Source of the DNA: a virus | Taxonomy: Duplodnaviria > Caudoviricetes | Length of the DNA: 31,836 bases | Strand: one strand, 5' to 3' | IMG/VR virus record: IMGVR_UViG_3300043391_000065 | Location: 1-31,836 of that record | In this document: positions 27,871-31,836 of the stretch, in pieces | Position numbering within the stretch: the first letter of the stretch is position 1 | How the letters are laid out: every line of letters begins with the position of its first letter | Notes under the pieces: generated by a model | Databases searched by the model: none | The model's input: only the letters and a program-made list of their open reading frames with translations | Told to the model about the DNA's origin: nothing | Made by a program: the position numbers and the translations under genes

Positions 27871-29340
27871 TTAATAATTAAAATACTTAGACGGATCTTT
27901 AACTATATCGTTAACCAAATCTTCCGAAATAACTTCAAATCTTTCTTCTTGTGTATCTCTCCTTGGAGTTCCATCAATATATCTTAAAATACCACCAGTT
28001 AATTTAAATAATGCAGCTGCAAACATGGCCGTATTGTAATGATACGAAACATCACAGGCAGTTGTCCAATATTTACCTTCTAAAAATAAACAAGCACCTT
28101 TACATAATTGAACTACAGGACATCTAACACATTCTTCTCTAGTTCTAAAATGATGTACCAATTTCATTTCTATTGCTTCGATATCTGAAATCTTACCTAT
28201 ATTATGTTTTTCTAAATTAGCATTTGTATTCTGACAAGTCATAGAATTGCCTTTTAAATCAACCGCAATAATATCAGGATTGTCCATACCACATTTCTGA
28301 CCAAGTACTGTAAATGGTCTTTGTGTAGTAATAGATTTGAAGAAATCATCTATCTTATCAAATATAGTAGAAACTCCCCATATCTTTCCACTAAATGCCT
28401 CTGTAAATATTGTTTCTCTTAATTTTTGTTGTTCTATTAATGACGTAGGACATAACATCATACCAGAATCATCATAAGGTAACATAATTTCTTCTGAAGA
28501 AAGAGGAACGTTAAAAGGACTTATTCCCATTTTATCTGCTATCCATTCTCTTACTTTGTGCATACTATAATTATTAGTAGTAAGAACACAATTAAATCCT
28601 ATTCTGCCTTTTGGAAATAACTTATCATAAGCATATTTAATTGCTTTTAAACTTTCAGGCTTTTCAAGTACATCTTCACCTCTTTGAATTTTATAAGATT
28701 CACCATCATGCGAAATACCTAATTGAACATCCAAACTATCTAACCAATCAACAATTTCTTCTGTTAACATAGAAGCATTTGAAATTATATTGAACTCAGC
28801 TTTAGGAAATTTCTTTCTTAATCCTTCTGCTAATACCTTTAATACTTTAATATAAACTAATGGTTCTCCACCCCAAAATTCCCAACGAGTTTTATTTCCA
28901 TCACCTTTAAACCATGTATCTAAATTATCTAAAAAATCTTGTGCTTCTTTTGGATTACCTTGAAATGAATTAGGAACTTGTGTTGCTTGATTGCAATAAT
29001 TACAAGAATAATTACACTTCAATCCCATTTGTATTTTAACTATTACTGGTTTATTACTCTTTTTACCAGGATTAGTTGGTGAATTAGGAATCCACTCATG
29101 GAAATGGCCTTGTTTGTATGTTGAATTTATTGAAGAAAGATTATAAGGCTGACCAGTTTCATCAAGCAATTCTGAAGTGTGAGGTTTATATGTTAATATT
29201 CTCCAACCTTTTGGTTGTTGTAAGTGTAACTTGTATTCAGGAGGAGCGGAAGTATCGTATTTTTTTACGATTTTTAATTCTTCTATAGGTTTATTCTTAT
29301 TTTTCCAGGAATGAAAATTATATTCAGTCGCATTTGTCAT
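27871..29340 (-). CDS. Radical SAM enzyme with C-terminal SPASM domain (peptide/protein maturase type)
   Basis: CNYSCNYC (CxxxCxxC), FWGGEPL, ISHDG; SPASM cysteines KCG...GNSMTC...CVRCPVVQLCKGAC...TAC. Confidence 0.93.
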   Translation of the reverse strand: MTNATEYNFHSWKNKNKPIEELKIVKKYDTSAPPEYKLHLQQPKGWRILTYKPHTSELLDETGQPYNLSSINSTYKQGHFHEWIPNSPTNPGKKSNKPVIVKIQMGLKCNYSCNYCNQATQVPNSFQGNPKEAQDFLDNLDTWFKGDGNKTRWEFWGGEPLVYIKVLKVLAEGLRKKFPKAEFNIISNASMLTEEIVDWLDSLDVQLGISHDGESYKIQRGEDVLEKPESLKAIKYAYDKLFPKGRIGFNCVLTTNNYSMHKVREWIADKMGISPFNVPLSSEEIMLPYDDSGMMLCPTSLIEQQKLRETIFTEAFSGKIWGVSTIFDKIDDFFKSITTQRPFTVLGQKCGMDNPDIIAVDLKGNSMTCQNTNANLEKHNIGKISDIEAIEMKLVHHFRTREECVRCPVVQLCKGACLFLEGKYWTTACDVSYHYNTAMFAAALFKLTGGILRYIDGTPRRDTQEERFEVISEDLVNDIVKDPSKYFNY

Positions 29341-29356
29341 AATCTATATATAACAC

Positions 29357-29385
29357 AATATAACACATTTCGCAAGAAATGTCAA
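29357..29385 (-). promoter_or_regulatory. Sigma70-type promoter for rSAM plus oxygenase
   Basis: Minus strand TTGACA-N17-TATATT with TG extension; the extended -10 (TGTGTTATAT) is tandemly duplicated and the spacer contains a 7-bp inverted repeat. Confidence 0.7.
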
Positions 29386-29399
29386 TATCTTAATAATAA

Positions 29400-30182
29400 C
29401 TACTTATTATCTAAATATGTTTTTTGTGCAGCTCTTATTTTTTTCTTATTAGAATCTAAATCCGTAATAATATCAGTAGCACTTCTAACAGTAGTTACGT
29501 TGCTTGTTGCTACTTTACTTAAAAAATTAGCAGCCCAAGCAGGTTGTTCTTGACTATTGATTAAATTAGAAACTAATGTTGTTAACAAATCAACTTGTTG
29601 TTCTAAAGAAACTATAGAATTTAATTCACTTAATGTAAGTAATATTTGTTTTTTATTTAAATCAGCATCAATTATATCCTGAACTGAAGGAAAATCAGTT
29701 AACAATAAATGTGTAAATGCTGTATTTCTATCAACTTTTGTAAATGTTTCATTTGAAACAGCAAGTCTATTAATTAAAACATATCCTTGAGTAGCTGAAT
29801 CGTGAAAATATATTTTTGCTATAGGAGTTTTATCAACTTGTTTTAAAGAAGTAAGTTTTACTCTATAGATTGAATCTTTTTGTATATCTGAAATATCAGC
29901 AAGAACGTAATTACCTTTATTATCCATGTACAGTTCATATCTTGTTCTTGCTTTAAAAATAGAACTACCTATAGTATAAGTTTTAGATTTTAAATGAGGA
30001 TAATTAAGAGTTAAAACGATTTCATTACTATTATTTTTAACAACCTTAACAACGTCTGTATCTATAATTTGTTCGGACAAAGATTTAGCTGATCTATATT
30101 CAGGAAGTACTCCTAATAAAGAATCTGTATAGTTATCAAGTATTGGTAATGGATCTATATAACTTGCTAATATTAATGCCAT
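29400..30182 (-). CDS. Hypothetical protein, co-transcribed with the Cys-ladder gene
   Basis: SD AAGGA; no Cys; beta-rich N-terminal part and helical/coiled-coil C-terminus (LSELNSIVSLEQQVDLLTTLV). Confidence 0.75.
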   Translation of the reverse strand: MALILASYIDPLPILDNYTDSLLGVLPEYRSAKSLSEQIIDTDVVKVVKNNSNEIVLTLNYPHLKSKTYTIGSSIFKARTRYELYMDNKGNYVLADISDIQKDSIYRVKLTSLKQVDKTPIAKIYFHDSATQGYVLINRLAVSNETFTKVDRNTAFTHLLLTDFPSVQDIIDADLNKKQILLTLSELNSIVSLEQQVDLLTTLVSNLINSQEQPAWAANFLSKVATSNVTTVRSATDIITDLDSNKKKIRAAQKTYLDNK

Positions 30183-30211
30183 TTTTATTTCCTTTTAATT
30201 AATCCTTTTAA

Positions 30212-30817
30212 TTAACACGCACACGCACAAGCGCAGTTGCAGTTACAATTTGTTCTACAGTTATAAGCATAACTACAGTTACAGTTACTTACTGTTCTGT
30301 ATTGATATGTTCCACCAAGTTCATCCACACTTGTGTATGAACCATATACTAAATCAGCAAAAGTTCCTGTTGCTTGAAAACTATTTGTATTACCACCAGC
30401 ACCATCATACGATCCATTATTTTGACAATTTGATGTTGGTGTGCCAGTGAATCCTAAACCTGCCCAAGTCCACCAGTTTCCATTAGGAGGTTCTGGTATA
30501 GAATAAGGTTGAGGTTGTGATTGGGCATTAGCATCCACATATGTTGGTGAAGAACCGTCAGGTCCGTAAACCGAATTTTTGTAACCATTAGCAAGAGCTG
30601 TTGCACAATTTGAACCACCGTTTATACTAGCCATAGATCCTGCAAGAGTATTTGTAGTTATATTTGCCGATACTGTAGCTCTAGCTTTTTGTGCTAAATC
30701 TATACCGTTTTGATCTTTTATGCCTAATGTGTTTGCATTTGAACCGGCGTTAGGAGATACTATATTACCTGAAGTATCTATTATATTTGCGAGTTTTCTT
30801 GCTTTTGTATCTGCCAT
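30212..30817 (-). CDS. Fibre-associated protein with C-terminal Cys ladder; candidate rSAM substrate
   Basis: N-terminus TKARKLANI, G/N/S/T-rich body, C-terminus SNCNCSYAYNCRTNCNCNCACACAC; own late promoter. Confidence 0.8.
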   Translation of the reverse strand: MADTKARKLANIIDTSGNIVSPNAGSNANTLGIKDQNGIDLAQKARATVSANITTNTLAGSMASINGGSNCATALANGYKNSVYGPDGSSPTYVDANAQSQPQPYSIPEPPNGNWWTWAGLGFTGTPTSNCQNNGSYDGAGGNTNSFQATGTFADLVYGSYTSVDELGGTYQYRTVSNCNCSYAYNCRTNCNCNCACACAC

Positions 30818-30857
30818 TTGTAATCCTGTTTATAATTAAAATTTTATTTTCTTATTA

Positions 30858-30865
30858 TATTTATA
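30858..30865 (-). promoter_or_regulatory. T4 late promoter for the Cys-ladder gene
   Basis: TATAAATA immediately after the fibre gene stop. Confidence 0.85.
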
Positions 30866-30868
30866 CAT

Positions 30869-31836
30869 CTACATACTCTGTAATGTAACATAATCATTTG
30901 CATAAATTCCATTAACTAATATTATCGTTGAACCAGTTGATGCCGTATAATCAACACCTGCAATTAATTTAACACCATTAACATACACCATAGCTTTACC
31001 TACAGTATAAGCAAAACTAATTAAGTTATGTCCAGTATCAACTACTGCTGACAGACCTGTTAAAGTACCTGCAGTTGTAGTTATTGCTGATCCATTTTTA
31101 GTTGTTGATAATGTAAATGTTGTTGAACCATTTGTTGCAATGATATAATAAATTGTTGGATCCGAATATCCTGTAATTGTTCCTGTACCACTATTTGTTC
31201 CATAAAGTCTAACTTTTTGACCATTAGATAATTGTCTTGATGAAGCACTACAAGAAAACTGGCCAGCAGTTCCTGTTGTTGCTATTGAACTTAATTGTAT
31301 TTGATTACAAGTATATGTTACACCAAACGGAGTACCTATTGTTGAACTAATAGCATCACCACCTACCGTTTCAGATAACACAGCTGTTGATGTACCATTA
31401 GTAGTTTTTACATAATAAGTTTTTGTTGTACCAGTATAATTTTGTAATGCACCACTACCTCTTACGTAGAAAGAAAGGCCTGTTGTACTTCCTGCAGTTG
31501 TTGTAATAGCAGAACCACCTAATGATGATGATAATTGGAATGTGGTAGCACCAAGAGTTGTTCCACTATTTGATGTTGTAGTACCATTAGTTGCAATGAT
31601 GTAATATGTTTGACCAGCATCAGCTGAAGAATATCCAGTAATAGAAGATGAACCAGAATTAGTTCCATAAACTTGTACTAGTTGACCTACTGTTAAAGGA
31701 ACAGAAGAAGCAGCACATGTAAAATTACCTGCTGTATCTGCAACGGCAACTGTTGTTAAAGAAATTTGACCTACAGTATTTGTAAAAGTTAATCCACTAG
31801 GAACACCTGTTCCTGTAGTAATTGCTGAACCGCCTG
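30869..31836 (-). CDS. Repeat-rich tail fibre / virion structural protein, 5' end outside the window
   Basis: Frame read by hand stays open from 31381 to the window end; repeated unit Y(Y)..TNG...LS....G.AI.T..G...G; C-terminal VYVNGVKL...DYTASTGSTIIL domain typical of aquatic phage fibres. Confidence 0.85.
   Translation of the reverse strand, partial: GGSAITTGTGVPSGLTFTNTVGQISLTTVAVADTAGNFTCAASSVPLTVGQLVQVYGTNSGSSSITGYSSADAGQTYYIIATNGTTTSNSGTTLGATTFQLSSSLGGSAITTTAGSTTGLSFYVRGSGALQNYTGTTKTYYVKTTNGTSTAVLSETVGGDAISSTIGTPFGVTYTCNQIQLSSIATTGTAGQFSCSASSRQLSNGQKVRLYGTNSGTGTITGYSDPTIYYIIATNGSTTFTLSTTKNGSAITTTAGTLTGLSAVVDTGHNLISFAYTVGKAMVYVNGVKLIAGVDYTASTGSTIILVNGIYANDYVTLQSM

Noticed and set aside
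27871-29340. rSAM as anaerobic sulfatase maturase, QueE or NrdG
   Set aside because: No sulfatase, que or nrdD genes nearby; length and full SPASM domain do not fit QueE or NrdG; a Cys-rich candidate substrate is adjacent.
30214-30250. ACACGC-type repeat as a microsatellite or CRISPR-like array
   Set aside because: Explained by Cys-Ala/Asn codons with synonymous variation; no repeat-spacer structure was seen anywhere in the window.
429-30450. Short plus-strand and nested ORFs in the track (e.g. 429..641, 1603..1791, 6971..7408, 14291..14809, 15966..16367, 30250..30450)
   Set aside because: All overlap well-supported minus-strand genes, lack motifs, and look like antisense or off-frame shadows.
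30869-31381. 170-aa ORF as a complete gene
   Set aside because: The frame is open to the window end; the GTG start is internal to a longer fibre gene.
1-31836. Stop-codon reassignment or tRNA genes
   Set aside because: Core genes translate full-length in the standard code, and no intergenic gap shows a tRNA cloverleaf.

Overview
AT-rich segment of a T4-like myovirus (Kyanoviridae/pelagimyophage-style gene order; host probably a low-GC aquatic proteobacterium, by inference). All credible genes are on the minus strand. In transcription order (right to left): a truncated repeat-rich fibre gene; a late-promoter gene ending in a striking Cys ladder (NCNC...NCNCNCACACAC); a hypothetical; a radical SAM/SPASM enzyme; a 2OG-Fe(II) oxygenase; the core virion block gp13-14-15-16-17-18-19-20-67-(three small or accessory genes)-21-22-23-3; uvsY, a second 2OG-Fe(II) oxygenase, uvsW, gp55, gp47, gp46 and peptide deformylase; then an accessory block (orphan Tsp45I-like restriction endonuclease, SutA-like small protein, DUF4338/DruA-like protein) and the CobT-like VWA / CobS-like AAA pair. 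Best candidate for a new system: a phage-encoded, RiPP-like rSAM/SPASM cassette that may post-translationally modify a Cys-rich virion fibre protein (27327-30865). Second: an orphan Tsp45I-like nuclease in a window where I could find no GTSAC site by eye. Family assignments come from motif recognition and synteny only; no searches were run.
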